DNA from: an uncultured Chloroflexia bacterium
GTDB lineage: Bacteria; Chloroflexota; Limnocylindria; Limnocylindrales; CSP1-4
Assembly: GCA_963819655.1 (NCBI GenBank)
Contig: CAWFXA010000002.1
Coordinates: 864,001-928,000 of the forward strand
Direction: 5' to 3'
DNA length: 64,000 nt
Shown here: one piece after another, positions 29,862-40,623 of the stretch
How positions within the stretch are numbered: position 1 is the stretch's first letter
Layout: every line of letters starts with the position of its first letter
Notes under the pieces: model-generated
Told to the model about the DNA's origin: nothing
Database searches by the model: none
What the model saw: the letters and a program-made list of their open reading frames with translations, nothing else
Made by a program: the position numbers and the translations under genes

Positions 29862-30626
29862 ATGACCAACGAGGACGTCCCGGGGTCCGGGACATGGGTC
29901 GTCCTGCCGACCTACGACGAGGCCGATAACATCCGGCCGATCGCCGAGGCGATCCTCGCTGCGGTCCCCGGCGCAACGCTGCTCGTTGTCGATGACGGTT
30001 CGCCGGACGGGACCGGCCGCATCGCCGACGAGCTGGCCGCGACCGACAAACGCATCCGCGTCCGACATCGGGCGGCGAAGCAGGGTCTCGGGCGGGCCTA
30101 CCTGGACGGGTTCGCGATCGCACTCGAAAGCGGTGCGTCGGTGGTCGTCCAGATGGACGCCGATTTCAGCCACGACCCGACCGCCTTGCCGTCGCTCATC
30201 GCTCCCGTGCTCGACGGGACTGCCGACCTCGTCATCGGGTCGCGCTACACCCCCGGCGGTGGCGTCGTGGACTGGGGCCTCGGCCGGCGGCTCGTGTCGC
30301 GCGGCGGGTCGCTGTTCGCGCGGATCGTCCTGGGTCTGTCGGCCCACGATCTCACCGGCGGCTTCAAGGCGTGGCGCGCCAGCACGCTCGGGTCCGTCCC
30401 GTTCGACGGCGTCCATGCCGGCGGCTACGTCTTCCAGATCGAGATGACATTCCGGGCCAGCCGCCTCGGGGCGCGGGTGCGCGAGATCCCGATCACCTTC
30501 CGCGATCGGCGGGTCGGCCAGAGCAAGATGTCGCGGCGGATCGTCATCGAGGCCCTCGTCGTGGTCGTGCAGCTGCGGTTGGAGGATCTCTGGAGCCGTT
30601 TGCGGGGCTCGCGCCAGCCGACATGA
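29862..30626 (+). CDS. polyprenol monophosphomannose synthase (GT2, DPM1-like)
   Basis: VLPTYDE, VDDGSPDGTG, GLGRAY, QMDADFSH, DLTGGFK, GYVFQIEM. Confidence 0.92.
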   Translation: MTNEDVPGSGTWVVLPTYDEADNIRPIAEAILAAVPGATLLVVDDGSPDGTGRIADELAATDKRIRVRHRAAKQGLGRAYLDGFAIALESGASVVVQMDADFSHDPTALPSLIAPVLDGTADLVIGSRYTPGGGVVDWGLGRRLVSRGGSLFARIVLGLSAHDLTGGFKAWRASTLGSVPFDGVHAGGYVFQIEMTFRASRLGARVREIPITFRDRRVGQSKMSRRIVIEALVVVVQLRLEDLWSRLRGSRQPT

Positions 30627-31867
30627 CCCGAACCCCGGGGGTGCGCGTCGTGATGGACGTGCGCGCGTTGCAGGAGCCGGCGCGCGCACCGCGCACCGCG
30701 GCCTATCTCGACGGACTGCTCGGGGCGTTCGATGCGGACCCGTTGCCGGGCGAATCGTTCGCATTCCTGCTGGCCAGCGACGAAGACGACCCGACCGCCC
30801 GATTCAGGAACCTCGAGGTCATCGGGCGGCGGCTGCTGCCGCCGATCCGTCTACTGCGGTCGGCCGCGCTGACGGTCGACCCGTTCCTGTTGGCTGGCGC
30901 GTCGATCGGAGCGGCATGGCGTGCCGAGCTCGGTGGAGCCGCGGGTGCGGTGTACCACACCGCGGGCGGTGGGCTGCCGATCGGTTCGGGGCTGCCGACC
31001 GTTGCGACGCTGCTCGATCTCGCGCCGTGGGAGCTGCCGCGCTCGTTCCAGCGCGGGACGGCGTCGCGCTTCGGCCAGCGGCTCCGTGCGCGTCTGCTGC
31101 GCGATGCCGCGGCGGTGCTCGTCGGCAGTGACGATGTCGCGCGGGCAGCACGGCGCCTGCTGCGCCTGCGCCGCGATCGCGTCCGGGTGATCCCGCTGGC
31201 GCCGCGACCGGCGTACGCGGTCGGGCCGATCGCGCTCGCCAAGCGGGGCGGGGCTGCGCGAACGATCGCCGATAGGCTCGGCCTGGGGGATCGGTACCTC
31301 GTATATCCCGGTCGCCACGACATCCGCCAGGACGCATCGACGATGCTGGCCGCCTTGGCCTCCCTGGGGCGCGACGGCCGACCCGACGATCTCGACCCGG
31401 CCGTGCCCTGGCCGCCCCGCGTCCTCGTCCTCGATGCGACCCCCGATGATCGTGCCTCCCTGGCGCGCGTCGCCTCCAGGCACGGCGCCGGCGACCATCT
31501 CGTCTACGCGCCGATCATGCCGGTCGAGGATTCAGCGGCCCTGGTGGCCGCATCGCGCGGGGTCGTCCTGCCCATGGTGTCCGAGTCGAGCGGACTCGCT
31601 GCCCTTGACGCGCTGGCCGCCGGCGTGCCTGTCATCGCCTCGGCGGTCGGTGCCCTGCCAGAGGTCGTCGGGACGGCCGGGATCCTCGTGGAGCCGCGCG
31701 ATGCGGATCGGATGGCGGCGGCGCTGGTCGCAGCGTGGGGCGACGATCCGGTCCGCGACGGGATCGTCGAGGCGGCCCGGGAGCGCGCGGCAGCCGGGGC
31801 GCGGACCTGGGGGGATGTGGCCGCCGATGTCCGGGCGGTGTACGCGGAGGTCGGCCGGCGCGACTGA
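30623..31867 (+). CDS. GT4 glycosyltransferase
   Basis: ESSGLAALDALAAGVPVIAS..GALPEV; Asp at the second Glu of the EX7E motif. Confidence 0.85.
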   Translation: MTRTPGVRVVMDVRALQEPARAPRTAAYLDGLLGAFDADPLPGESFAFLLASDEDDPTARFRNLEVIGRRLLPPIRLLRSAALTVDPFLLAGASIGAAWRAELGGAAGAVYHTAGGGLPIGSGLPTVATLLDLAPWELPRSFQRGTASRFGQRLRARLLRDAAAVLVGSDDVARAARRLLRLRRDRVRVIPLAPRPAYAVGPIALAKRGGAARTIADRLGLGDRYLVYPGRHDIRQDASTMLAALASLGRDGRPDDLDPAVPWPPRVLVLDATPDDRASLARVASRHGAGDHLVYAPIMPVEDSAALVAASRGVVLPMVSESSGLAALDALAAGVPVIASAVGALPEVVGTAGILVEPRDADRMAAALVAAWGDDPVRDGIVEAARERAAAGARTWGDVAADVRAVYAEVGRRD

Positions 31868-31875
31868 CCGGCAGG

Positions 31876-31903
31876 CCGATCAGGACGGCCCGATCAGGAC
31901 GGC
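31876..31903. repeat. perfect 14-bp tandem duplication
   Basis: CCGATCAGGACGGC x2 between convergent genes. Confidence 0.7.
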
Positions 31904-31928
31904 CCAAAAAAGGCCGTTCGCCATCGCG

Positions 31929-33149
31929 TCAGAGCGCCTCGGTGCGTGCCTGCCGGAACGTCGGGGTGTACTTCGGCACTTTGCCGTCCTTGATCGTGAT
32001 CTTCGAGCCCTTCGGCATGACCTGGATGAACGTCTGGCCGACCGTCAGCGTGACGAGCTTGCCGGCCTTGTCGTAGAAGCGCGTCGGGTCGGTGATCGAA
32101 CGCTTGCGCCACGTGCCCTTGATCGTCGTCCCGTTCGTCGAGATCCAGGCCGCGCCGCGCCCGATGAACTGGGCCTCGAGGCGGTTCTTCCGGCTGCCGT
32201 CGTTGAGCCGCCCGAACGACATCGTCATGACGATCACGTTCTTGGGCGCCACCGGCTTGTCGACGCCACGGTCCATCTGCCGCTTCTCGCCGCTCACGGC
32301 CCGACGGTAGGTGTTGCTCGCGCGGTCGTAGCGGTAGGTGATCGTGTTCTGCGAATAGACGACCGTGATGCGCGTGCCCTCGGGTCGCAGCAGGGGATGC
32401 TTGTCGGGCGCGAATTGCCAGGCGGCCTTGATGGGCTCGTTCTTCGCGCCGACCCGTCGCGAGAGTTGATAGAGCTCCTTGCCACTGGTGTAGACGTTGT
32501 GGGGTGCGAACCTGTCCCTGGTGCGGTGGAAGTAGGTGCCGCCCCAGCGGAACTCGTCGGCGTTGTAGACGAGCTGGCCGCGTCCCTTCTCGCGCAGGGT
32601 CTGCATCGCCTGGGGTGAACCGCCCACGTGCGCGTAGACCGCCTTCCATTCGGCTGCCCAGGCGATGTAGTACTGGCGGGCGCTGCGGACCGGTCCGACC
32701 GACGGCGGGATGCGGTCCTGGAAGATCATCATGTAGCGCGGGATGCCGCCTTCGGCCGGCGCCTGCCACACGATCGCCGCGTCGTTGAACCCGCTCTGCG
32801 GTCGCGCATCGTGATGGTCGTCGATCATCACGGCCACGGGGTGGCGCTTCGCGACGGCCGGCGACACGAGACGGCCGGTCAACGGTGCAGGCACAGGCGT
32901 CGGTGTGGGTTCCGGCGTTGGCGTCGGTGTGGGGGTCGGGACCGGCGTCGGTGTGGGGACGGGTGTCGGGGTCGCGGTCGGCCCCGGCGTCGGGCTCGGT
33001 GACGGAGAGGCCAGCGCCTGGCTCGCCGGTGGCGCCGCGGTCGGTGCCACGGCCGCTGCCAGGGCGCCCACGCCCACCCCGCCGACCGCGGCGAACGCCA
33101 GCGCCAGGACGAAGATGGATCTGCCCGAGCCTGTGCGGCGTTTGGCCAC
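31929..33149 (-). CDS. DUF3048 (YerB-like) exported protein with Pro/Thr linker
   Basis: PLTG..PVAVMIDD..ARPQSG, EGGIPRY, GPVRSAR, APHNVY; GAGGGG RBS before GTG33149. Confidence 0.88.
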   Translation of the reverse strand: MAKRRTGSGRSIFVLALAFAAVGGVGVGALAAAVAPTAAPPASQALASPSPSPTPGPTATPTPVPTPTPVPTPTPTPTPEPTPTPVPAPLTGRLVSPAVAKRHPVAVMIDDHHDARPQSGFNDAAIVWQAPAEGGIPRYMMIFQDRIPPSVGPVRSARQYYIAWAAEWKAVYAHVGGSPQAMQTLREKGRGQLVYNADEFRWGGTYFHRTRDRFAPHNVYTSGKELYQLSRRVGAKNEPIKAAWQFAPDKHPLLRPEGTRITVVYSQNTITYRYDRASNTYRRAVSGEKRQMDRGVDKPVAPKNVIVMTMSFGRLNDGSRKNRLEAQFIGRGAAWISTNGTTIKGTWRKRSITDPTRFYDKAGKLVTLTVGQTFIQVMPKGSKITIKDGKVPKYTPTFRQARTEAL

Positions 33150-33259
33150 GTGGTCCCCTCGCACCCCGTCCGCGGGGGCGTCTGTGCGCTCCTCGTCGGA
33201 CCGACGGGCAGGATAGACCATCGGCGCGCGCCCGTCGTCAGAAGGCGTAGGCTGCCGCC

Positions 33260-33769
33260 ATGAGCGAGATGACCGAGTCCACGCAGCCCGAGACGACCCG
33301 TGCCGATCGGATCGAACTGAACAACGGCGGCATGTATGCGGCCGAGGCAGGCACCATCAGCGTCATGCAGGGCGGCATCTCGACGGCCACGGCGGAAGCC
33401 ATCGACATCCACCAGGGCGGGATCGGTCGCGCCCAGGCCACCGACATCGCGGTCAGCCAAGGCGCCATCGGACTCGCGCGCGGCGACACGGTGTCACTGG
33501 ATCGTGGTTTCCTCGGCGCGGCATTCGGGGACGAGGCCCGCGTCGTGCAGTCGATGGCGAACCTGGTTGGCAGCAACGAGTCAGTGGTCGACCAGTCCCT
33601 CGTCGGGGCCCTGGTGGGCGCCCGGGTCACCGTCCGCCAGCCGAGTGCCATCGGGATCCTCATCGCCGGCCGCGTGGAGGGGAACGTCCGCCCGATCCTC
33701 GACTGGCGTGGCGCGCTCGCGGCCGGCGCCGTGATCGGTCTGATCTCCGCAGTCCTGCGCCGCCGCTGA
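33260..33769 (+). CDS. 15-residue-repeat protein with C-terminal membrane anchor
   Basis: About 7 repeats xxQG(G/A)IxxAxAxxIx; C-terminal GALAAGAVIGLISAVLRRR. Confidence 0.75.
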   Translation: MSEMTESTQPETTRADRIELNNGGMYAAEAGTISVMQGGISTATAEAIDIHQGGIGRAQATDIAVSQGAIGLARGDTVSLDRGFLGAAFGDEARVVQSMANLVGSNESVVDQSLVGALVGARVTVRQPSAIGILIAGRVEGNVRPILDWRGALAAGAVIGLISAVLRRR

Positions 33770-33894
33770 CCGCAGCAGCCGCCGACTCGCCTCGCCAACG
33801 CCCTCGGCGGGAGGTCGCCGGACCCTCGGCTATACTCGGATTCCCGTCGTCCGCCCTGTTCCGCGACGACCGCCGCGAGGAGCCCGACCTGCGC

Positions 33895-34533
33895 ATGATC
33901 GATCCCACCGCCCGGATCCACCCCAGTGCGGATCTCGAGGACGGCGTGTCCATCGGCCCTCGGACGTCCGTCTGGCACCGCGCGCAGGTCCGCACCGGCG
34001 CTACGATCGGCGCCGACGCGATCATCGGCCGGGACGCGTTCATCGACGAGGGCGTGGTTCTCGGCGACCGGGTCAAGGTCCAGAACGGCGCACTCGTCTA
34101 CCACGGCGTGACGGTCGACAACGGCGTTTTCATCGGGCCGGGTGCGATCCTCACGAACGACCGCAATCCCCGTGCGGTGACCTCGACCGGCGACCTCGCC
34201 CGTGCGCAGGACTGGACCGTCACGCCGATCCACCTTGCCGATGGCGCCTCGATCGGCGCCGGCGCGGTCGTCGTCGCGGGGTGCGACGTCGGCACGTACG
34301 CCATGGTCGGTGCCGGTGCCGTGGTCACGCACCCCGTCGCCGGCCACGCACTCGTCGTCGGCAACCCTGCGCGCCGGATCGGTTGGGTATGCGCCTGCGG
34401 GGCGCGCCTCGACGAGCCTAGGACCGGCCGCTTCATCTGCCCGTCGTGCGAGCGAGAGTACGTCTATGTCCCCGACGGCGAAACGCTCGAGGAACGATCC
34501 GGTCCGGTCGTCAAGCAGGGAGCGCCAGCATGA
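33895..34533 (+). CDS. hexapeptide N-acetyltransferase (WbpD/WlbB-like)
   Basis: IHPSA, VKVQNG..VY.GV, FIGP..LTND..PR, GASIGAGA, LVVGNPARRIGWVCACG. Confidence 0.9.
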   Translation: MIDPTARIHPSADLEDGVSIGPRTSVWHRAQVRTGATIGADAIIGRDAFIDEGVVLGDRVKVQNGALVYHGVTVDNGVFIGPGAILTNDRNPRAVTSTGDLARAQDWTVTPIHLADGASIGAGAVVVAGCDVGTYAMVGAGAVVTHPVAGHALVVGNPARRIGWVCACGARLDEPRTGRFICPSCEREYVYVPDGETLEERSGPVVKQGAPA

Positions 34534-35638
34534 TCCCCGTCGTCCGCCCCGATATCGGCGAGGAAGAGGTCGAGGCCGTCGCGGAGGTGCTGCGCAGCGG
34601 GATGATCGCGCAGGGCCGCCGTGTCGCCGAGCTCGAGGAGCGCTGGGCCGAGTTCATCGGCGTCCGCCACGCGATCGCCGTCGCCAACGGCACGCTCGCG
34701 CTGATGGCGATCTACGCGGCTCTGGACCTCGGCCCGGGTGACGAGGTCATCACCGTCAGCCACTCATTCAACGCGACCGGCAGCGCCATGCTGTCGACCG
34801 GTGCGACGCCCGTATTCATCGACATCGAGCCCGACACCTACAACATCGACGCGGATCGCATCGAGGCCGCGATCACGCCCCGGACGAAGGCGATCTGCCC
34901 GGTCCACCTGTTCGGCCTGCCGGCCGACTTCGCACGATCCGCGAGATCGCCGATCGGCACGGACTCGTCCTGGTCGAGGACGCCTGCCAGGCGCACGGGG
35001 CGACTTTCGAGGGACGTCGGACCGGCAGCTTCGGGCACGGCGCGTTCAGCCTGTACGGCACGAAGAACATGACGACGGGCGAGGGTGGCTTCATCACGAC
35101 CGATGACGATCGGGTGGCCGACTGGATCCGGCTGTACCGGAACCAGGGCATGCGCGAGCGCTACCACCACGAGATCCTCGGCTACAACTTCCGGCTGACC
35201 GACATCGGGGCCGCCATCGGTCTCGTCCAGTTCGACAAGCTGGATCGGAACACGGCGCGTCGACAGGCGATCGCGCGACGCTACGACGACGGCTTCGCCG
35301 GAACCAGCATCGTGACGCCGGTCATCCCGTCCGGCCGGACGCACGTGTACCACCAGTACACGGTCGACGTCGGCGACGAGCGCGACGCGATCGTCGCGGA
35401 CCTCACCGCGGCAGGCATCGGGACCGGGATCTACTACCCGATCCCCGTCCATCGGCAGAAATACATCCTGGAGCGCGGGATCCACGCCGACCTGCCGGTC
35501 ACGGATCGCGCCGCCCGACGGTCGCTGTCGCTGCCGATGTACCCAGGCCTGAGCGAGGCCGACCAGGCGACCGTCATCGACACGGTTCGTACCGTCGTGG
35601 AGAAGCACCGCGTCCCCGAGGAGACCGCGGCTCGATGA
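34530..35638 (+). pseudogene. DegT/DnrJ/EryC1/StrS aminotransferase (WbpE/WlbC-like), frameshift near 34932
   Basis: NGTLAL and PVHLFGLPAD in one frame; EDACQAHGA, SLYGTKNMTTGEGG, GYNFRL in the next. Confidence 0.87.
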
Positions 35639-36669
35639 CACGCCCCTGGTCACCGGCCGGGGACGGACCCGTCCGCGTCGGGCTCATCGGGCTCGGCGCG
35701 ATGGGTCGCAACCACCTCCGGATCCTGTCCTCGATGCCCGGTGCCCACCTCGTGGCCGTCGCCGATCCGGACCGTGAGGCGCTCGACGGCGCCACGGTCG
35801 GCTCCGGCGCCCAGGGCTTCGCCGAGCCGATGGCCCTGATCGCAGAGGCCGATCTCGACGCTGTCGTCATCGCGTCGCCGACCACGACCCACGTCGCGCT
35901 GGCCCTCGCCGCGATCGAGCGTGGGGTGGCCACGCTCGTCGAGAAGCCACTCGCCGCGACGCCCGAGGAGGCGGGGGCGATCGTCGACGCGGCGCGGGCG
36001 GGCGGCGTCCCCCTCCAGGTCGGCCACGTCGAGCGGTTCAATCCCGCGGTGCTGGAGCTCGGCCGGCTGCTGCACGAGGGCCGCTGGCTGTCCTCGGTCT
36101 ACGCCATCACCAGCCGGCGGGCCGGCCCGTTCCCGGCGCGCATCCGCGATGTCGGCGTGACCGTCGATCTCGCCACGCACGACGTCGACATCCTGTCCTG
36201 GATCGCCGGCGAGCGTCCCGTCCGGGTCTTCGCGGAGACCGCGCAGCGCATCCACGCCGACCACGAGGACCTGCTGTTCGGGCTGATGTCGTTCCCGTCG
36301 GGGACCGTCGCGATGCTCGACGTCGACTGGCTGACGCCGGCGAAGCGACGGCAGCTGGCGGTCGTCGGCGAGGAGGGCATGTTCGAGCTCGACTACCTGA
36401 CCCAGCGCCTGACGTTCACGCGCGCGTCGGACATGACCAACCCGCGGCTGATCGGCGGGTACGCCCCGACCTTCGCGGGCGACGAGGTCGAGCTGCCGGT
36501 CTCGAACGAGGAGCCACTGGCGGTCGAGCTGGAGGCGTTCCTGAGCGTGGTCCGTGGCGGCGGCCGCCCGATCGTCGACGGCGAGGATGGCCGCTGGGCG
36601 GTCGTGCTGGCCCACGCCCTGCTGACCGCGGCGCGGGAGCAGCGGTCGGTCGAGCTGGTGTCGGCGTGA
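35635..36669 (+). CDS. Gfo/Idh/MocA oxidoreductase (WbpB/WlbA-like)
   Basis: GLGAMGRNH, LVEKPLA, VGHVERFNPA, DLATHD. Confidence 0.9.
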   Translation: MTRPWSPAGDGPVRVGLIGLGAMGRNHLRILSSMPGAHLVAVADPDREALDGATVGSGAQGFAEPMALIAEADLDAVVIASPTTTHVALALAAIERGVATLVEKPLAATPEEAGAIVDAARAGGVPLQVGHVERFNPAVLELGRLLHEGRWLSSVYAITSRRAGPFPARIRDVGVTVDLATHDVDILSWIAGERPVRVFAETAQRIHADHEDLLFGLMSFPSGTVAMLDVDWLTPAKRRQLAVVGEEGMFELDYLTQRLTFTRASDMTNPRLIGGYAPTFAGDEVELPVSNEEPLAVELEAFLSVVRGGGRPIVDGEDGRWAVVLAHALLTAAREQRSVELVSA

Positions 36670-38116
36670 GCCCGTCGGCTCGACCCAGCACCACGGCAGA
36701 TCTGCCCGGCGGCTCGATCCAGCTGCCGCCCCGGCCATGTCGTCATGGCGAGGCACGGTCCGTCACGCCATGGACCGGCGAGCCCGGCACGGCCGGGACC
36801 GTGGCGGTCGTCGGTGCCGGGAAGATGGGCCTGCCGCTCGCCGCGCAGTTCGCCGGGCATGGCTGGAAGGTGATCGCCGTCGACATCGACCCGCGGGTCG
36901 TCGATTCGATCAACGAGGGTCGCTCGCATGTCGGGGAGGAGCCGGGTCTCTCCGAGCTCGTCGAGCGTGCCCATGCGGCCGGCCGGCTCCGGGCGACCGC
37001 CGACGGCGCCGAGGCCGCGCGCACCTCCGACGTCGTGGTCCTCATCGTCCCGGTCATGCTCGACGACGAGCCAGCATCCCGACCACCGCTAGATGGACTC
37101 GGCGGTCGACTCGATCGCACCGGGCGTCCATGCCGGATCGCTCGTGATCTTCGAGACGACCCTGCCCGTCGGCGATACGCGCGACCGCTACGCACCTCGA
37201 CTGGAGGCCGCCAGCGGTCTGCCGGCCAGCGGGACGGGCACGGACCGGATCTACGTCGCCTTCTCGCCGGAGCGGCTGTACAGCGGGGCCGCCCTCGCCA
37301 ACCTGGCGACCTACCCGAAGCTCGTCGGCGGCCTCGACGCGCGATCGACGGCTCTGCGCGGCGGCGTTCTACGAGAGCGTGCTCGACGCCGAGGTCGTCG
37401 CGATGTCGTCGGCCGAGGCGGCCGAGTTCTCGAAGCTCGCCGACACGACGTACCGCGACGTGAACATCGCGCTCGCGAACGAGTTCGCCCGCTACGCCGA
37501 CCGCATCGGCGTCGACATCACCGAAGTGATCGCGGCGGCCAACAGCCAGCCGTACAGCCACATCCACCAGCCCGGGATCGGCGTCGGCGGGCACTGCATC
37601 CCGGTGTATCCGCATTTCCTGCTCGATCGGGCGCCGGAGCTGTCGCTCGTCGCGCGTGCGCGCGCCGTGAACGACGGTCAGGTCGATCTGGCTGTCGCGG
37701 CAGTCGAAGATATGGCGGGCGACCTCAGCGGGGCCGCGGTCCTCGTGCTCGGCCTGACCTATCGCCACGGGGTGAAGGAGCTGGCGTACTCGCGGGCGAT
37801 GCCGCTCATCGAGGCGCTCCGCGCACGCGGGGCGCGGGTCCTCGCATACGACCCGCTCCTGACTGACGACGAGATCGCACGCGCCGGCGCCGAGCCGTGG
37901 CCGTGGGGTTCCCCGTCGGCCGATGTCCGCGCGATCGTCACGCAGACCGCCGATCCCGTCTGGCTGAACCTGGACCCGGCCTGGTTCCCAGGACTGCGGG
38001 TCGTCTTCGACGGCCGGAACAGCGTGTCGTCGCTCGTCGAGCGGTTCGGCCCCGGCGTCGCCTATCGCGGCGTGGGAGTGCCGGACCAGCGGCCCGCGCG
38101 CGACGCCGTCGCCTGA
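36666..38116 (+). pseudogene. nucleotide-sugar 6-dehydrogenase, frameshifts near 37072 and 37355 plus an in-frame TAG near 37090
   Basis: GAGKMGLP, FETTLPVG, FSPERL, KLADTTYRDVNIALANE, GVGGHCIP spread over three frames. Confidence 0.85.
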
Positions 38117-38125
38117 CGAGGCGAC

Positions 38126-39217
38126 GTGCGGATCGTCAACGTCGTCGGGACGCGTCCCCAGCTGATCAAGGCTGCCGCCCTCGAGCCCGCTCTTCGGGCG
38201 CAGTTCGACACGTACCTGATCGACACTGGTCAGCACTATGACGATGCGATGGCCGGGTCGTTCTTCCGCGAGCTCGGTTTGCGGCGGCCCGACTACGACC
38301 TCGGGATCGGTGGTGGTTCGGGTTCGGACCAGACGGGCCGGATGTTGGTGGCGCTCGAGCCGATCTTCGAGGACCTGTCGCCGGACGCGGTGGTCGTCTG
38401 CGGCGACACGAACTCGACGATCGCCGCGGCACTCGTGGCGGCCAAGCAAGGTATCCCAGTCGCCCACGTCGAGGCCGGCCTGCGGTCGTTCGATCGACGG
38501 ATGCCCGAGGAGATCAATCGGCTGGTGACGGATCACCTGTCGCGATGGCTGTTCGCGCCCACACCCGCGGCCGTCGCCAATCTCCGTGCCGAGGGGATCG
38601 TCGATGGCGTCGTCGAGGTCGGGGACGTGCTGCAGGACCTCGCCGCGCGGACCGCCCAAGAGGTGAGAGAACCGGCCGTCCTCGGCTCGATCGACCTCGC
38701 CCTGATCCCAGGCGGGTACCTCTTCGCGACCATCCATCGGGCCGAGAACCGCGAGCCGGCGGCGATGGCGGCATGGGCGGCCCTGCTCGCCGCGGCCGCG
38801 CGCCCGGAGCGGCCCGTCGTCCTGGCACTCCACCCGGGGACCCGCGCCGCACTCGCTACCGCCGACATCCGGCTGGGACCCGACATCCACGTCATCGAGC
38901 CGCAGGGCTATCGCACGACCCTCGGGCTCCAGCTCCACGCGGCTGCTGTCCTGACCGACTCGGGCGGGGTCCAGCGCGAGGCCGCCTGGCTGCGCGTGCC
39001 GTGCCTGATCCTGCGCGGGACGACCGAGTGGGTGGAGGCCCTGGCGGACTCCGGCGGCACGATGGTGGTGGTCGGCCTCGATGCGGAGCGCGCGACGGCC
39101 GAGCTCGAGCGGCTCGCACCGATCTCGACGGCGGAGGCCGACGCCCGGGCCAGGGCCGCCGACCTCCGGCTGGAACCGGCCGGCGCCGTCGACGCGATCG
39201 TGGCGGCGCTCGGATGA
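38126..39217 (+). CDS. wecB: non-hydrolysing UDP-N-acetylglucosamine-type 2-epimerase (WecB/WbpI-like)
   Basis: GTRPQLIK, TGQHYD, GDTNST, HVEAGLRS..MPEEINR, TDSGGVQREA. Confidence 0.93.
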   Translation: MRIVNVVGTRPQLIKAAALEPALRAQFDTYLIDTGQHYDDAMAGSFFRELGLRRPDYDLGIGGGSGSDQTGRMLVALEPIFEDLSPDAVVVCGDTNSTIAAALVAAKQGIPVAHVEAGLRSFDRRMPEEINRLVTDHLSRWLFAPTPAAVANLRAEGIVDGVVEVGDVLQDLAARTAQEVREPAVLGSIDLALIPGGYLFATIHRAENREPAAMAAWAALLAAAARPERPVVLALHPGTRAALATADIRLGPDIHVIEPQGYRTTLGLQLHAAAVLTDSGGVQREAAWLRVPCLILRGTTEWVEALADSGGTMVVVGLDAERATAELERLAPISTAEADARARAADLRLEPAGAVDAIVAALG

Positions 39218-40623
39218 CGGACGCGACGAGCACGTCGTCGCCGGCGCCTGGCCCGGTCGAGCCGCAGCGCCTGCTCCTCGTTCTCCCCTCGACAGCTGAA
39301 TTCGATTCGCGGACCTACCGCATTGCCAGCGCCGCGCGCGCCCGAGGCCACCACGTGACGGTCCTCGCCCGCTGGAAGCCGGGTCTCCCGGAGCGCGAGG
39401 ACGATCCAGGGGGCTACGAGATCATCCGGGTCCGGGCGGATCCCGGGGAGGCGCTCCCCGGCCGAGCGTTCGTCCGCCGCATCTTCCGCCGCCTTCGCCC
39501 GCTGCGAGCCCCAGCGGGCGATCCTCCGCCGCCGGCCGCCGCCGTCGGCGCGGGGGGCGTCGCCGGCGACGATCCTCCGCCGGGCGGCGACGCCTCGATC
39601 GGCGTGGCCTCTCGCTCCCTGCCTCGCCGTCTCGCGAGCCGCGTCGTGCGGCGCTGGTCGATCCTGCTGACGGTGCGCTCGCACGCGCGCCATGCGCGCG
39701 AGGTGGCACCGCCTGCCGACCTCATCCACGCGATGGCCTACATGGGCATCCCCGTCGGGCACGCGATCGCCGACGGCCGATCGCCGCGGCCGAAGGTCGT
39801 GTACGACGCGCGCGACATCTATATGGACGCGGGAAACCTCGCCTCCACGCGCGGACTCGTGCGCGCGACCATCGCCCGGGCCGAGCGCCGGTGGGCGCGA
39901 CGTGCCGATCGTGTCATCACGGTCAATCAACCCTATGCCGATGTGATGGCCGAGCGCTTCAAGGTACCGATGCCGCTGGTCGTCATGAACTGCTCGTACC
40001 GGTACGAGCCGGCGGACCCGCGCGAGCACAGGTTCCACGACCGGCTCGGGCTCGCCCCAGCGTGCCGCGTCGTGCTCTACCAGGGCGGTTTCTCGCCCGG
40101 GCGCGGCATCGAGGAGCTGTTCGATGCGATCACGTTGATCGATGACGCGGTGCTCGTGCTCATGGGCTACGGCTACGAGGAGGCCGCCTACCGCGAGCGC
40201 GCCGCATCTGCGGAGCTGCGCGGCCGCGTCCACCTGCTTCCCGCGGTCCGCCCGATCGAGTTGCTCGACTGGGTCGCCGGGGCCGACGTCGTGGCGATGC
40301 CGATCCAGCCGACGACGCTCAACCACCGGCTGACGACGCCGAACAAGCTGTTCGAGGCGATGGCCGCGGGCGTGCCGGTCGTCGCGAGCGACCTCCCCGG
40401 TATGGCGCCGATCGTGCGCGAGACGGGCTGCGGGCTGGTCGTGGATCCCGCCGATCCGGCCGCGATCGCCGCGGCGTGCCGGGAGATCCTCGACGCCCCG
40501 CCAGACGAAGCCGCAGCGTGGCGGCGGCGCGCGCTGGCCGCGGCCCACGAGACGTACAACTGGGAGAACCAGGCGGACCGCCTCTTCGCCGAATACAGCC
40601 GGTTGACCGGCCGTCGCTGGTGA
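39214..40623 (+). CDS. GT4 glycosyltransferase
   Basis: VYDARD, LYQGG..GRGIE, PNKLFEAMAAGVPVVASD. Confidence 0.9.
   Translation: MTDATSTSSPAPGPVEPQRLLLVLPSTAEFDSRTYRIASAARARGHHVTVLARWKPGLPEREDDPGGYEIIRVRADPGEALPGRAFVRRIFRRLRPLRAPAGDPPPPAAAVGAGGVAGDDPPPGGDASIGVASRSLPRRLASRVVRRWSILLTVRSHARHAREVAPPADLIHAMAYMGIPVGHAIADGRSPRPKVVYDARDIYMDAGNLASTRGLVRATIARAERRWARRADRVITVNQPYADVMAERFKVPMPLVVMNCSYRYEPADPREHRFHDRLGLAPACRVVLYQGGFSPGRGIEELFDAITLIDDAVLVLMGYGYEEAAYRERAASAELRGRVHLLPAVRPIELLDWVAGADVVAMPIQPTTLNHRLTTPNKLFEAMAAGVPVVASDLPGMAPIVRETGCGLVVDPADPAAIAAACREILDAPPDEAAAWRRRALAAAHETYNWENQADRLFAEYSRLTGRRW

Noticed and set aside
32885-33010. Repetitive GT-rich tract resembling a repeat array
   Set aside because: Encodes the Pro/Thr linker of the DUF3048 protein; no spacers, not CRISPR
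37090-37092. In-frame TAG as possible recoding
   Set aside because: Sits beside frameshifts in an error-rich patch; TAG is used as a normal stop elsewhere in the window
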